A stretch of 64,000 bases of DNA from an uncultured Clostridia bacterium (GCA_947631245.1 CANRKP010000001.1:44028-108027); one strand, 5' to 3'; shown: positions 16,310 through 26,351, numbered from the stretch's first letter. Notes: a model not told the origin generated them from the sequence alone. A program made the numbers and translations.

Positions 16310-17161
16310 GTGTTCGGATATGTGAAAGCGTATGCGCCGGAGCTGCGCGTCCGCGAAGCGGAGTATTACCGCGCCGTCTACTGCGGACTTTGCCGCGCGA
16401 TGAGAAAATCTCTCGGCGTGACCTCCGCCGCTGCCCTCTCATACGACATCGTCTTTCTCATACTGACGAGGATGGCGCTCCTTGACGAATACTACGGCGT
16501 AAGCCGACGCCGCTGCCCCATAAAGCTCCGCCGCCGCACGATGACGGACCCCGGCGGGCAGATAATGTACGGCGCCGCCGTATCCGCCCTTCTCACCTCA
16601 CGCAAGCTCGAGGACGACGTCCGCGACGAGCGCGGCGGACGCCGCGCGGCTGCGCGCGCCGCCCTGCCGTTCTCGCGCAGGCATATGAGGCGCGCGGGCA
16701 TAGACGGATCTCTCGTCCGCGAGGTCGACGGCAGGCTGTCGGAATTATATGCGCTCGAGTCGGAAAAAAAGTCCGGTGAGCGCGTGTTCGGCGAGCTTTT
16801 GGCGCTCGTATTTTCCCACGGGATCGAGGGGGACGGGGCAAAGATAGCGCGCGCCGTCGGAAACGGAGTCGGGCGGGCGATATACATTCTCGACGCCGTC
16901 GACGACATGGCGGAGGACGAAAAAAAAGGCAGATGGAACCCCGTCGCCGCCGCCTGGGAGGGACTGCCCGTCGAGCGCGCCGCGGAGGCGGAAGCGGAGG
17001 CCGTGCGGCTGATCCTTTCGGAGGCGGGCGCCGCGTCCGAGCTCATAGACAGCGACGGCGAGCCCGCCGCCATTGTGAAAAACATCCTCTTTATCGGGAT
17101 ACCGAAGGAGGCTGACAGGATAATGAAAAAGCATATCAAAGGAGGGGAAGAAAAGGCTTGA
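16310..17161 (+). CDS. DUF5685-like hypothetical protein
   Basis: GTG start with an AAGGAG RBS 7 nt upstream. The N-terminus [31 protein letters not shown] matches my recollection of the DUF5685 family signature. This is unverified. Confidence 0.7.
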   Translation: MFGYVKAYAPELRVREAEYYRAVYCGLCRAMRKSLGVTSAAALSYDIVFLILTRMALLDEYYGVSRRRCPIKLRRRTMTDPGGQIMYGAAVSALLTSRKLEDDVRDERGGRRAAARAALPFSRRHMRRAGIDGSLVREVDGRLSELYALESEKKSGERVFGELLALVFSHGIEGDGAKIARAVGNGVGRAIYILDAVDDMAEDEKKGRWNPVAAAWEGLPVERAAEAEAEAVRLILSEAGAASELIDSDGEPAAIVKNILFIGIPKEADRIMKKHIKGGEEKA

Positions 17162-17796
17162 AGGACCCCTATAAGACGCTCGGCGTCTCAAGAGACGCCT
17201 CGGACGCCGAAATAAAAAAGGCATACTACGCGCTTGCGAAGAAATATCATCCCGACAATTATCAGGGCACAGACCTCTCGGACGTCGCCGAAGAGAAGAT
17301 GAAGGAGGTCAACGAGGCTTACGCCGAGATAGAAAGGCTCCGCGCCTCCGGCAGCACGGGCTCCGCATACGATTACGCCTACGATGACGACAACGGCGGC
17401 AGCGGCGGCGCATCGCAGAGCGGCGGCTCGTATTCGTCCTCATACAGGCAGGTGCGGATACTCATAAACGAGCGGCGATATGACCGCGCGATGACGATAC
17501 TGACGGCCGTTCCCGAGAGCGGGCGCGACGCCGAATGGCAGTACCTTTACGGCTGTGTGCTGCTCGGCTGCGGCAACTACGCGGACGGGATATCATATGT
17601 CGAGAGGGCGTGCTACATGGACCCCGAAAACGTCGAGTACGCGCGCACGCGCGCATCACTGCGGAACCGCTCGTATTCGTACGGCACGCCTTACAGGGGC
17701 AGCTCCGAGACGGACATATGCCGCGTCTGTCAGACGCTTTGGCTCATGGACTGCTGCTGCGAATGCATGGGCGGCGACTTCATCCGCTGCTGCTGA
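17158..17796 (+). CDS. J-domain protein with Cys-rich C-terminal tail
   Basis: The J domain with HPD motif reads [33 protein letters not shown]. There are 8 Cys in the last ~26 residues ([25 protein letters not shown]). The TTG start overlaps the upstream stop (TTGA at 17158-17161). Confidence 0.85.
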   Translation: MKDPYKTLGVSRDASDAEIKKAYYALAKKYHPDNYQGTDLSDVAEEKMKEVNEAYAEIERLRASGSTGSAYDYAYDDDNGGSGGASQSGGSYSSSYRQVRILINERRYDRAMTILTAVPESGRDAEWQYLYGCVLLGCGNYADGISYVERACYMDPENVEYARTRASLRNRSYSYGTPYRGSSETDICRVCQTLWLMDCCCECMGGDFIRCC

Positions 17797-17815
17797 CATC
17801 ATAACGGAGGCATGA

Positions 17816-18355
17816 ATGAAAACGGAAAATCGCAGCAGAAAGACGCGGCGGACCGCGCTCTGCGGGATACTTTCCGCCGTATCGGTCGCAATAATTTATA
17901 TCGCCGTCATAACAGACCTTTTCTCCTACACCGGTCTCTGCGTCGCCGCCGTCATCGTCCTTTTCGTGAAGGTCGAATACGGCATGGGCGCCGCCGTCTC
18001 CGTTTACGGCGTCGTCTCGGTGCTTTCGCTCCTTATACTGCCGGACAAATCGGCGGCGGTTTTATACGCGGCGATAGCGGGACTTTACCCCCTCTTCAAG
18101 TCATACTTTGACATGATACGTCCGGCGGCGCTCCGCTGGCTTTCAAAGCTCGCCGCCGCAAACGGCATCGCTGCGGCAATATACTTCGTCGGACGGGCGC
18201 TCTTCTTTCCCGACGCGGAGTCCCCGCTGCTCGTCGCCGCCACCTTCGTCCTTTTCTCGGCAGTTTTTGTGATCTGCGACCTGCTCTTCGACAAGCTGAC
18301 GCTCATATATACGCTAAAATACCGCTCCGTTCTGAAAAGGCGCGGCATACTGTGA
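17816..18355 (+). CDS. hypothetical multi-pass membrane protein
   Basis: A GGAGG RBS lies 5 nt upstream of the ATG at 17816. The protein has 5-6 hydrophobic segments. The overlapping ORF starting at 17812 was rejected because it has no RBS spacing. Confidence 0.6.
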   Translation: MKTENRSRKTRRTALCGILSAVSVAIIYIAVITDLFSYTGLCVAAVIVLFVKVEYGMGAAVSVYGVVSVLSLLILPDKSAAVLYAAIAGLYPLFKSYFDMIRPAALRWLSKLAAANGIAAAIYFVGRALFFPDAESPLLVAATFVLFSAVFVICDLLFDKLTLIYTLKYRSVLKRRGIL

Positions 18356-18391
18356 CAACACAAGTTTTTTAAAAGGAGATACGATCCCAAA

Positions 18392-19279
18392 ATGATACGT
18401 TCAATGACAGCCTTCGGGCGCGCCGTGCACGAGGAGGGCGGAAAACGCTACACCGTCGAGCTCCGCTCCGTGAACGGCAAGTTCCTTGACCTGTCCGTCC
18501 GCTTCCCGAGGCAGTACGGCTTCGCGGAGCCTAAGATAAAGTCCTATCTGTCCGCAAACGGCATCTCGCGCGGCAAGGTGGACGTATATCTCGGCGTCGA
18601 GGTCATCGAGCAGCGCGGCGTCACGATAACGCTCGACCGCGCGCTCGCCGCGTCCTATATCGACGCGCTCACCTCCCTGCGGGACGAATTCGGTCTGCGT
18701 GACGACATATCCGTCTCCCGCGTCGCAGCGTTCCACGATATTTTCACCGTCGCCTCCGCTGAAGAGGACATAGACGCCGAGTGGGCGGCGATCGAAGCTG
18801 CTCTCTCGGAGGCGCTCGGCGGATTTCTCGCAATGCGCGCAGAGGAGGGCGGGAAGCTCGCCGCCGACACGCTTTTAAAGCTCGAGGAGATCGAGACCGC
18901 GGCAGCGGAAATAAAGACCGTATCGGAGGCGAACATAGAAGGGTACCCCGAAAAGCTCGCCGAGCGCATATCGTCTCTTCTAGAGAACGGCGGCGTTGAG
19001 ATAAACGAGCAGCGGATCTTAACCGAGGCGGCGATATTCGCCGACAAGGTTTCGATAGACGAAGAGCTCGTCCGCCTCGCCTCCCACATATCCGCGTTCC
19101 GTTCCATCCTCGCCAACGAGGAGGCGGTCGGCAGGAAGCTCGACTTCCTCATTCAGGAGATAAACCGCGAGACCAACACGATAGGCTCGAAATCGCAGGA
19201 CACAAAAATAGCGCATCTCGTCGTCGACATCAAGTGCACGGTCGAGAAGATACGCGAGCAGATACAGAATTTAGAGTGA
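18392..19279 (+). CDS. yicC: YicC/YloC family stress-induced endoribonuclease
   Basis: N-terminal MIRSMTAFGRA and C-terminal LIQEINRETNTIGSKS...IKCTVEKIREQIQNLE motifs. The synteny with remA is conserved. Confidence 0.9.
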   Translation: MIRSMTAFGRAVHEEGGKRYTVELRSVNGKFLDLSVRFPRQYGFAEPKIKSYLSANGISRGKVDVYLGVEVIEQRGVTITLDRALAASYIDALTSLRDEFGLRDDISVSRVAAFHDIFTVASAEEDIDAEWAAIEAALSEALGGFLAMRAEEGGKLAADTLLKLEEIETAAAEIKTVSEANIEGYPEKLAERISSLLENGGVEINEQRILTEAAIFADKVSIDEELVRLASHISAFRSILANEEAVGRKLDFLIQEINRETNTIGSKSQDTKIAHLVVDIKCTVEKIREQIQNLE

Positions 19280-19283
19280 CGAT

Positions 19284-19541
19284 ATGACGCCTGTTACATT
19301 CATCAATATCGGATATTCCAACATGGTATCCGCCGAGCACGTCATAGCCGTTATCGGCAGCGACACCGCCCCCGCCAAGCGCCTTATCGGCGAGGCGAAG
19401 GAAAACGGCCGCGTCATAGACGCGACGTGCGGCAAGCGCACGCTGTCAGTCATTGTGACAGACAGCGACCACGTCATTCTCTCCGCCCTCTCGCCCGATG
19501 CCATCGGCAGACGCGCCGGCGGACAGGATGCGGGCGAATAA
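19284..19541 (+). CDS. remA: RemA/YlzA (DUF370) biofilm regulator-like protein
   Basis: FINIGYSNMVSAEHVIAVIGSDTAPAKRLIGEAKENGRVIDATCGKRTLSVIVTDSDHVILSAL is the typical RemA sequence. Confidence 0.9.
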   Translation: MTPVTFINIGYSNMVSAEHVIAVIGSDTAPAKRLIGEAKENGRVIDATCGKRTLSVIVTDSDHVILSALSPDAIGRRAGGQDAGE

Positions 19542-19615
19542 GAAACAAGGGGCCGATTGCCTTTTGCATAAAAAATAAAAGCGATTTTATCACATTCACC
19601 GAAAGGAAACTCACA

Positions 19616-19894
19616 ATGTCAATGATCTCTCCCTCCATCGATGAGCTGACAAAAGGTCAGTTCAACCGCTACACCCTCGTCATAGCGACAGCGAAATGCG
19701 CGCGCCTCGTGACGAACGAATACGTCAAGCAGCGCGAGGTCGCCGAGACGAGGATAGCGAACAAGGAGACGGACAAGATGCTCGCCTCCATGATAAAGCG
19801 CGAATTTCGCGACGAAAAGGCGGTCAAATCCGCGGTAACGCGGCTCGCGGCGGGCGAATTTAAAATAGTCCCCACAGAACCGGGCGAGTTCTGA
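19616..19894 (+). CDS. rpoZ: DNA-directed RNA polymerase subunit omega
   Basis: MISPSIDELTKGQFNRYTLVIATAKCARLV is a typical omega N-terminus. The start is set at the ATG at 19616 inside the longer ORF 19427..19894. Confidence 0.88.
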   Translation: MSMISPSIDELTKGQFNRYTLVIATAKCARLVTNEYVKQREVAETRIANKETDKMLASMIKREFRDEKAVKSAVTRLAAGEFKIVPTEPGEF

Positions 19895-19902
19895 TCTCTC
19901 CT

Positions 19903-22437
19903 TTGTCTGACAAAATACCGGTCCCCGCGGGCGGCGGATTTGCGGGGTGCCGCATACTCGACGTTCCGTTCCACGCCGATCGGGAATACACATACCGCAT
20001 ACCGTTCGGGCTGACGGACGATATCGTCCCCGGCGTGTTCGTGACGGTGCCGTTCGGCGGCGGGAACAGAACAAAGACCGCCGTCGTAACGTCGCTCCAA
20101 CCGGGGACGGATCACGAAAACTGCAAGCCCATAATAGGGATAACGAACAGTGACGTCACGCTGCCGGAGGAATACCTCGGGCTGTGCGCGTTTCTCTGCG
20201 AGCACACGCTCTGCACGTTCGGCGAGGCGGTGCATGCCGCCGTTCCGCGCGGGGCGCTCTCGCGTGCAGGCGACAGCTACGAGGCGACGGACGCCGCCCC
20301 GCCGGAAAAGCTGCCCCCCTCGCTTTTCTATATCTACAGTTTCGTCCGCGCCGCAGGGTCCCCCGTGCCTGAAGCAAAGCTGCTCGCGGAATTCGGCGGC
20401 GGCGACGCGAAGCCCCACATCGCCTCTCTCGTGAAGGCGGGGCTCCTGCGCCGCACGCCCGGCGTCAGCGAGCCCACAAACGTCATTGTCGAGACGCTCG
20501 TCTCCCTCTCCGTTTCAAAAGAAGCGGCGGAGGCGTATGCCGCGGACGCCAAGGTGCGCTCTAAGCGGTGCCGCGATATCGCTTCGTTTCTCGCCGAGAA
20601 CGGCGGGCGGGCGACGGAGTCCGAGCTGAAAAACGCATTCGGCACCGTTTCCGTACAGCTCAAAAAGCTGCGGGACTTTGGCATCGTCAGTCTCGACACC
20701 CGCCGCGTCATGCGTAATCCCTTTGCGGACGTGCCGGTCAAAGATACGCCGCTCACGCTCTCCGAGGAGCAGTCGCGCGCGGCAAAGACGCTGTCGGCGC
20801 TTTTTCACTCCGGCGAGCCGAAGGCGGCGCTCCTTTACGGGGTGACGGGGAGCGGCAAGACTTCCGTCATCCGCGCGATGATAGACGAAGTCACAAAAGA
20901 GGGGAGAGGCGTCATAATCCTCGTCCCCGAGATATCGCTGACGCCGCAGACAGTCTCCATATACTGCGGGAGCTACGGCTCGCGCGTCGCCGTGATGCAT
21001 TCCTCGCTCTCAGACGGCGAGCGCCTCGACGCGTGGGAGCGCGCGCGCTCCGGCGACGCCGACATCGTCATCGGCACACGTAGCGCCGTTTTCGCCCCCG
21101 TGAAAAACCTCGGCATGATAGTTATCGACGAGGAACAGGAGCACACATACAAATCGGACCAGCAGCCGAGATACACCGCGCACGACGTCGCGCGTTACCG
21201 CTGCGCGCACTCAAACGCGCTGATGCTCCTTTCGAGCGCGACGCCGTCGCTTTCCTCGTTTTACAAGGCGAAGGAGGGCGTATACACTCTCGTTTCGCTC
21301 AAAGAACGGTACGGAGGCGCGCGCCTGCCCGACGTTCTGGTAGCAGACATGAGAGAGGACAGGGCAAGCGGCTCCTCGTCCCCGCTCGGTCACGTTCTGA
21401 GGGACGCCGTAAGCGAGACGCTCTCGCGCGGCGAGCAGGCGGTGCTCTTTCTCAACAGGCGGGGCTACAACAACTTTCTTTCATGCCGCAAATGCGGCGA
21501 GGCTGTGCGCTGTCCTCACTGCTCCGTCGCGCTGACGTATCATGCGACGCGGCGCATAAACGAGACCGACAACCGCGAGGACTACCGCGCCGAGCACGTC
21601 TCGGGCGGAAGGCTCGAATGCCACTACTGCGGCTACCGCGCTCCGGCACCCGAAAAATGCCCCTCATGCGGGGGCGAGGACCTCTTCTACATGGGCTGGG
21701 GGACGCAGCGCGTCGAGCAGGAGCTGAACTCGCTCTTTCCGAGCGCGCGCGTGCTCCGCATGGACGCGGACACGACGCGGACGAAGACGTCATATGACGA
21801 GATACTCGGCGCGTTCGGCAGAGGGGAGGCGGATATCCTGCTCGGGACGCAGATGGTGACTAAGGGGCACGACTTCCCGTCGGTCACGCTCGTCGGCATA
21901 CTGCTCGCGGAGTCGTCGCTCTTCCTCGACGATTATAGGGCAGCGGAGCGCACGTTCTCGATGATAACGCAGGCGACGGGACGCGCCGGGCGCGCCTCGC
22001 TCCCGGGACGCGCTATAATTCAGACGTACACTCCCGACAACGCCTGCATCGGATACGCGTGCCGGCAGGATTATGACGGCTTTTACGAAAACGAGATACG
22101 CCTGCGCCGCGCGTTCGTTTTCCCTCCGTTCTGCGACATCGCGCAGATAACGCTCACCTCGACCGACGAGGCGGAGCTCTCAGGCTCCGTTCTCCGACTT
22201 GCGGAGGAGATAAAGGAGCTCTCCAAAGACAGGTTCTCCGACGTGCCGATACTTATGTTCGGTCCGTTCGAGGCACCCGTTTACCGAGTGAACGGAAGAT
22301 TCCGCATGCGCGTCGTCTGCAAATGCAAACTGACGCGGCGCACGCGGACGCTCTTCGCAAACGTCATGCGCTCGTTCTCCCGCGGACTTTCCCGCAGGGT
22401 CACGATATCCATAGACTACAATCCCACAAGCATCTGA
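19903..22437 (+). CDS. priA: primosomal protein N' (replication restart helicase PriA)
   Basis: Walker A is GVTGSGKT and the DEEH box is VIDEEQEHTYK. The Zn-binding Cys clusters are CRKCGEAVRCPHCSVALTYH...CHYCGY...CPSCGG. The only in-frame start is the TTG at 19903, which has no obvious RBS. Confidence 0.92.
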   Translation: MSDKIPVPAGGGFAGCRILDVPFHADREYTYRIPFGLTDDIVPGVFVTVPFGGGNRTKTAVVTSLQPGTDHENCKPIIGITNSDVTLPEEYLGLCAFLCEHTLCTFGEAVHAAVPRGALSRAGDSYEATDAAPPEKLPPSLFYIYSFVRAAGSPVPEAKLLAEFGGGDAKPHIASLVKAGLLRRTPGVSEPTNVIVETLVSLSVSKEAAEAYAADAKVRSKRCRDIASFLAENGGRATESELKNAFGTVSVQLKKLRDFGIVSLDTRRVMRNPFADVPVKDTPLTLSEEQSRAAKTLSALFHSGEPKAALLYGVTGSGKTSVIRAMIDEVTKEGRGVIILVPEISLTPQTVSIYCGSYGSRVAVMHSSLSDGERLDAWERARSGDADIVIGTRSAVFAPVKNLGMIVIDEEQEHTYKSDQQPRYTAHDVARYRCAHSNALMLLSSATPSLSSFYKAKEGVYTLVSLKERYGGARLPDVLVADMREDRASGSSSPLGHVLRDAVSETLSRGEQAVLFLNRRGYNNFLSCRKCGEAVRCPHCSVALTYHATRRINETDNREDYRAEHVSGGRLECHYCGYRAPAPEKCPSCGGEDLFYMGWGTQRVEQELNSLFPSARVLRMDADTTRTKTSYDEILGAFGRGEADILLGTQMVTKGHDFPSVTLVGILLAESSLFLDDYRAAERTFSMITQATGRAGRASLPGRAIIQTYTPDNACIGYACRQDYDGFYENEIRLRRAFVFPPFCDIAQITLTSTDEAELSGSVLRLAEEIKELSKDRFSDVPILMFGPFEAPVYRVNGRFRMRVVCKCKLTRRTRTLFANVMRSFSRGLSRRVTISIDYNPTSI

Positions 22438-22449
22438 AAGGAACTCCGG

Positions 22450-22929
22450 ATGGCACTTTTAAGAATACGCAGAAAAGGCGACCTCGCGCTCCGCGCCAAG
22501 AGCCGCCCCGTAGACAAAATAACGGACCGCATACTGACCCTGCTCGACGACATGGCGGACACGCTCCATGACGCCGACGGCGTCGGTCTTGCCGCGCCTC
22601 AGGTCGGCGTCCGCCGCCGCATCGTCCTCATTGAAACCGAAGAGACGGGTCTTCTCGAGCTGATCAACCCCGAGATAATATCCTCCGAGGGCGAGCAGCT
22701 CGAGCGCGAAGGCTGCCTCTCCATCCCCGGCGAATGGGGAGTGACGCGCCGCCCCGCGAAGGTCACGGTGCGCGCGCTCGACAGGGATTTTGTCGAGCAC
22801 ACATACGAGGGTGAAGGTCTGCTCGCGCGCGCGTTCTGTCATGAGATAGACCACCTCGACGGCAAGCTCTATACGGACCCTGGCACCCTCGTCCGCATGG
22901 TGGACCCCGACGAGGAGGACGACGAATAA
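22450..22929 (+). CDS. def: peptide deformylase
   Basis: Motifs GVGLAAPQ, EGCLSIPG and HEIDHLDG. Confidence 0.95.
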   Translation: MALLRIRRKGDLALRAKSRPVDKITDRILTLLDDMADTLHDADGVGLAAPQVGVRRRIVLIETEETGLLELINPEIISSEGEQLEREGCLSIPGEWGVTRRPAKVTVRALDRDFVEHTYEGEGLLARAFCHEIDHLDGKLYTDPGTLVRMVDPDEEDDE

Positions 22930-22936
22930 CGATACG

Positions 22937-23878
22937 ATGAAGATACTCTTTTTCGGCACGCCCGATTTCGCCGCAGTCTCGCTCCGCGCCGTCGCCGGCA
23001 CGGGCGAGGACATCGTCGGCGTCATAACGCAGCCCGACAGACCGAAGGGACGCGGCTACACTTTATTTCCCTCGCCCGTAAAGGCGGAGGCTCTTTCGCT
23101 CGGCATCCCCGTATTCACGCCCGAGCGCGTGCGGGGCGACGAGTTCGCGAAAACGCTCGCGGAGCTTGACCCGGATCTCATTCTCGTCGTCGCATACGGC
23201 AAGATACTGCCTGAAAACGTGCTCTCCTACCCCCGCTTCGGCTGCGTCAACGCGCACGCGTCGCTCTTGCCCAAGTACAGAGGCGCCGCGCCTATACAGC
23301 GCGCGATCATGGCGGGCGAGCGCGAGACGGGCGTCACCGCGATGTATATGGACGAAGGGCTCGACACCGGAGACATCATACTGACAAGAAAAGTGAAAAT
23401 AGAGGACGGCGACAATTTTGAAGCCGTCCATGACAAGCTCGCCGAGGCGGGAGCAGACGCGCTCTGCGCCGTCATCGCGGGCATAAAGGCGGGTACTCTC
23501 ACCCGCACAAAGCAGCCCGAGGAGGGCGCAAGCTACGCGCACAAAATAGAGGACTGTGACATGAGACTAGACTTTTCCCATGACGCCGCCTCGCTTTCGT
23601 GCCGCATCCGCGCGCTCTCGCCCGTCCCCGCCGCATACACGACGCTGCCCGACGGACGCCGCCTGCGCGTTTACGCCTCCCTTTCCGAAGCGGAGACGCA
23701 TGCCGAGGCTCTGCCCGGCACCGTAATTTCCGTCTCGGGCGGACGCATCGGCGTCGCCTGCGGCAGCGGGACGATCTATCTCACCGAAGTCCAGCCCGAG
23801 GGCAAGCGGCGAATGAGCGCCGCAGACTTCATAAACGGTCGGGGCATATCTCCCGGCGGTGTGCTCGGCGGAAAATGA
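22937..23878 (+). CDS. fmt: methionyl-tRNA formyltransferase
   Basis: KILFFGTPDFA, NAHASLLPKYRGAAPIQ, and the conserved def-fmt order. Confidence 0.95.
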   Translation: MKILFFGTPDFAAVSLRAVAGTGEDIVGVITQPDRPKGRGYTLFPSPVKAEALSLGIPVFTPERVRGDEFAKTLAELDPDLILVVAYGKILPENVLSYPRFGCVNAHASLLPKYRGAAPIQRAIMAGERETGVTAMYMDEGLDTGDIILTRKVKIEDGDNFEAVHDKLAEAGADALCAVIAGIKAGTLTRTKQPEEGASYAHKIEDCDMRLDFSHDAASLSCRIRALSPVPAAYTTLPDGRRLRVYASLSEAETHAEALPGTVISVSGGRIGVACGSGTIYLTEVQPEGKRRMSAADFINGRGISPGGVLGGK

Positions 23879-25182
23879 GCCCCCAAAGCCTGCAAACCGT
23901 CCGCGCGGCGGCGCTATTGACGCTCGTAAGAGCGGAGAAGGGCGGAAAATACCTCAATCTTGAGCTCGACGCCGCACAGCGCAGATTTAATTTTCACGAC
24001 GCCGACCGTGCGCTGTTTGCCGCGCTCGTCTACGGCGTCTGCGAGCGCGCGATAACGCTTGATTTTGAGATATCGCATCTCACCTCGCGCGCGGCTGACA
24101 CTCTCGACGCCGAAACGCGCACCGCGCTTCGGCTCGGGCTTTATCAGCTTTTATACATGGACAAAATACCGCCGCACGCCGCCGTCAACGAGACGGTCTC
24201 GGCGTGTCCTGCGCGCTCGCGCCCGCTCGTGAACGCCGCGCTTCGGCGCTCGCTTCGCGAGGGCGCGTGCCTCCATATCCCGGAGGGTCTCACGAAAGCC
24301 GAACGGCTGTCGGCGGAGCACTCGCTCCCCCTTCCTCTCGTCCGCTCATGGCTCGCCGATTACGGCGAGGAGACACCGGCGCTCTGCGCCGCAACTCACC
24401 GCCGCCCGTCCGTGACGCTGCGCGTCAACACGCTGAAAACGGACACCGAACGGCTCCTATCCGTGATACCGGGCGCACATCGGAACGGTCTTTTTCCCGA
24501 TATGATAGACCTGCCGGCATCAGGTGCCGTAACGGAGCTTCCGGGCTTTGACGAGGGGCTGTGGTTCGTTGAGGACGCCGCCTCGCGCCTCGCCGTCGCC
24601 GCCGCCTCGCCGAGGCGAGGCGACACCGTCGTCGACGTGTGCTCCGCTCCGGGCGGAAAGAGCTTTTCGGCGGCGATAGATATGGAAAACGAGGGCAAAA
24701 TTTATTCCTTTGACCTTCACGAAAACAAGCTCGGTCTCATAAGGCGCGGAGCCGAGAGGATCGGGATAGACATCATCCGCGCGTCCGCTCGCGACGGCAG
24801 GGAGCCCGACCCCGCTCTCTTCGGCTCGGCAGACGTCGTCCTTTGCGACGTCCCCTGCTCAGGGCTCGGCGTAATTGCGAAAAAGCCCGACATAAGATAT
24901 AAGGACCTGTCTGCGGCAAATGCGCTGCCCGAGGTTCAGCTTGCGATACTTTCGGCGTCCGCCTCCTATGTAAAGCCCGGCGGCGTGCTGCTTTATTCGA
25001 CTTGCACTCTGCGCCGCGCGGAAAACGAGGACGTCGTATCCTCGTTTCTCTCCCGCTTCGGGCAGTTTCGCCCCGAACCGTTCTCGGTATCAGGCATAGA
25101 CGCAAAGGACGGTACGCTTACCCTCATGCCCCACAAAAACAGCACTGACGGCTTCTTCGTCGCAAAGCTCAGAAAGGCTTAG
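23875..25182 (+). CDS. rsmB: 16S rRNA (cytosine967-C5)-methyltransferase
   Basis: The ATG at 23875 overlaps the fmt stop (ATGA). It has a NusB-like N-terminal domain, a SAM site (DVCSAPGGKS) and catalytic DVPCSG and TCT motifs. The longer ORF starting at 23599 overlaps fmt and was rejected. Confidence 0.9.
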   Translation: MSPQSLQTVRAAALLTLVRAEKGGKYLNLELDAAQRRFNFHDADRALFAALVYGVCERAITLDFEISHLTSRAADTLDAETRTALRLGLYQLLYMDKIPPHAAVNETVSACPARSRPLVNAALRRSLREGACLHIPEGLTKAERLSAEHSLPLPLVRSWLADYGEETPALCAATHRRPSVTLRVNTLKTDTERLLSVIPGAHRNGLFPDMIDLPASGAVTELPGFDEGLWFVEDAASRLAVAAASPRRGDTVVDVCSAPGGKSFSAAIDMENEGKIYSFDLHENKLGLIRRGAERIGIDIIRASARDGREPDPALFGSADVVLCDVPCSGLGVIAKKPDIRYKDLSAANALPEVQLAILSASASYVKPGGVLLYSTCTLRRAENEDVVSSFLSRFGQFRPEPFSVSGIDAKDGTLTLMPHKNSTDGFFVAKLRKA

Positions 25183-25221
25183 CAAGGCTTAGCAAAGCTA
25201 AGCCTCTAAGCCTCTGAGCCT
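25175..25221. repeat. GGCTTAGC direct and inverted repeat cluster at the rsmB stop codon
   Basis: GGCTTAGCAA occurs twice, followed by the inverted copies GCTAAGCC, TCTAAGCC and TCTGAGCC. Together they can form an imperfect ~18-bp hairpin. The rsmB TAG stop lies inside the first unit. Confidence 0.75.
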
Positions 25222-25241
25222 CAAAATGAGAGAAAGACTGT

Positions 25242-26351
25242 ATGAACGAAAAGACAGACATTCAAAGACTTCTGCCCGATGAGCTCGAGGCGCTCATAAC
25301 GTCGCCTCCGTACTCGCAGCCGCGTTACCGCGCAAAGCAAATATTCTCAAAGCTGCACCGCGGCGTGCGCTTCTCCGATATGACAGACCTGCCGCTCTCC
25401 CTGCGCGCGCAGCTCGGGGACAGCTGCCTTGACACGCTCCCCACGGTCGCCGAGAAGCTCGTCTCATCCGCGGACGGGACCGTCAAATACCTTTTCCGCC
25501 TCTACGACGGCAACTGCATAGAGTCCGTGCTCATGAGATACGAGCACGGCAACACGCTCTGCGTTTCCTCGCAGGTCGGCTGCCGCATGGGGTGCCGGTT
25601 CTGCGCGTCGACAAAGTCGGGACGCGTGCGCGATCTCTCCGCCTCCGAGATAGAGGGCGAGGTCATCGCGGCGGAGCTCGACTCCGGTCTCCGCATTTCC
25701 AACATCGTCATGATGGGAATCGGCGAGCCGCTCGACAACTTCGACGAGACCGTGCGGTTCCTGCGCCTCATCAGCTGCCCCGACGGGCTCGGGATAGGAC
25801 TGCGCCACGTCTCGGTCTCGACGTGCGGGCTCGTCCCAGGGATAAGGAAGCTCGCGTCGCTCGACCTGCCCGTGACGCTTTCGGTGTCGCTCCACGCCGC
25901 AGACGACGGCGAGCGCTCCGCCATAATGCCCGTAAACAACGCATACTCTATTGCGGAGCTTTTGACCGCGTGCCGCGAGTGGTTCCTCACTACCGGGCGG
26001 CGCATATCGTTTGAATACACTCTGATCTCGGGAAAAAACGATTCCGCCGAGGACGCGCGGCGGCTCGCCCGCGTCCTCGCGCGCCATATGAGCGACGGGG
26101 GAAAAAGGCTCCCGATGCACGTCAATCTCATCCCCTACAACGACGTCGACGGGACGGGATTTTCCCGCTCCGACAAAGACGCTGTCTGCCGCTTTCGGGA
26201 AACTCTCGAGGCGTCCGGCGTCACGGCGACGGTCAGGCGGAGGCTCGGTCCCGACATAAACGCCGCGTGCGGGCAGCTCAGGATAAACGCCGCTCGAAAT
26301 CAATCATCTCAATCGCACGGAAACACGGAAAGGACTAAAGGAGCGAAATGA
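25242..26351 (+). CDS. rlmN: 23S rRNA/tRNA (adenine-C2)-methyltransferase, radical SAM
   Basis: Radical SAM motif CRMGCRFCAST, GIGEPL, and a second catalytic Cys near the C-terminus (NAACGQL). Confidence 0.95.
   Translation: MNEKTDIQRLLPDELEALITSPPYSQPRYRAKQIFSKLHRGVRFSDMTDLPLSLRAQLGDSCLDTLPTVAEKLVSSADGTVKYLFRLYDGNCIESVLMRYEHGNTLCVSSQVGCRMGCRFCASTKSGRVRDLSASEIEGEVIAAELDSGLRISNIVMMGIGEPLDNFDETVRFLRLISCPDGLGIGLRHVSVSTCGLVPGIRKLASLDLPVTLSVSLHAADDGERSAIMPVNNAYSIAELLTACREWFLTTGRRISFEYTLISGKNDSAEDARRLARVLARHMSDGGKRLPMHVNLIPYNDVDGTGFSRSDKDAVCRFRETLEASGVTATVRRRLGPDINAACGQLRINAARNQSSQSHGNTERTKGAK

Noticed and set aside
16107-16442. 112-codon N-terminal extension of the flavodiiron ORF (the track start at 16442)
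   Set aside because: The extension is Arg-rich nonsense that runs through both divergent promoters. The internal ATG at 16106 has a GGGAGA RBS and gives the canonical MEITKDIRYIG N-terminus.
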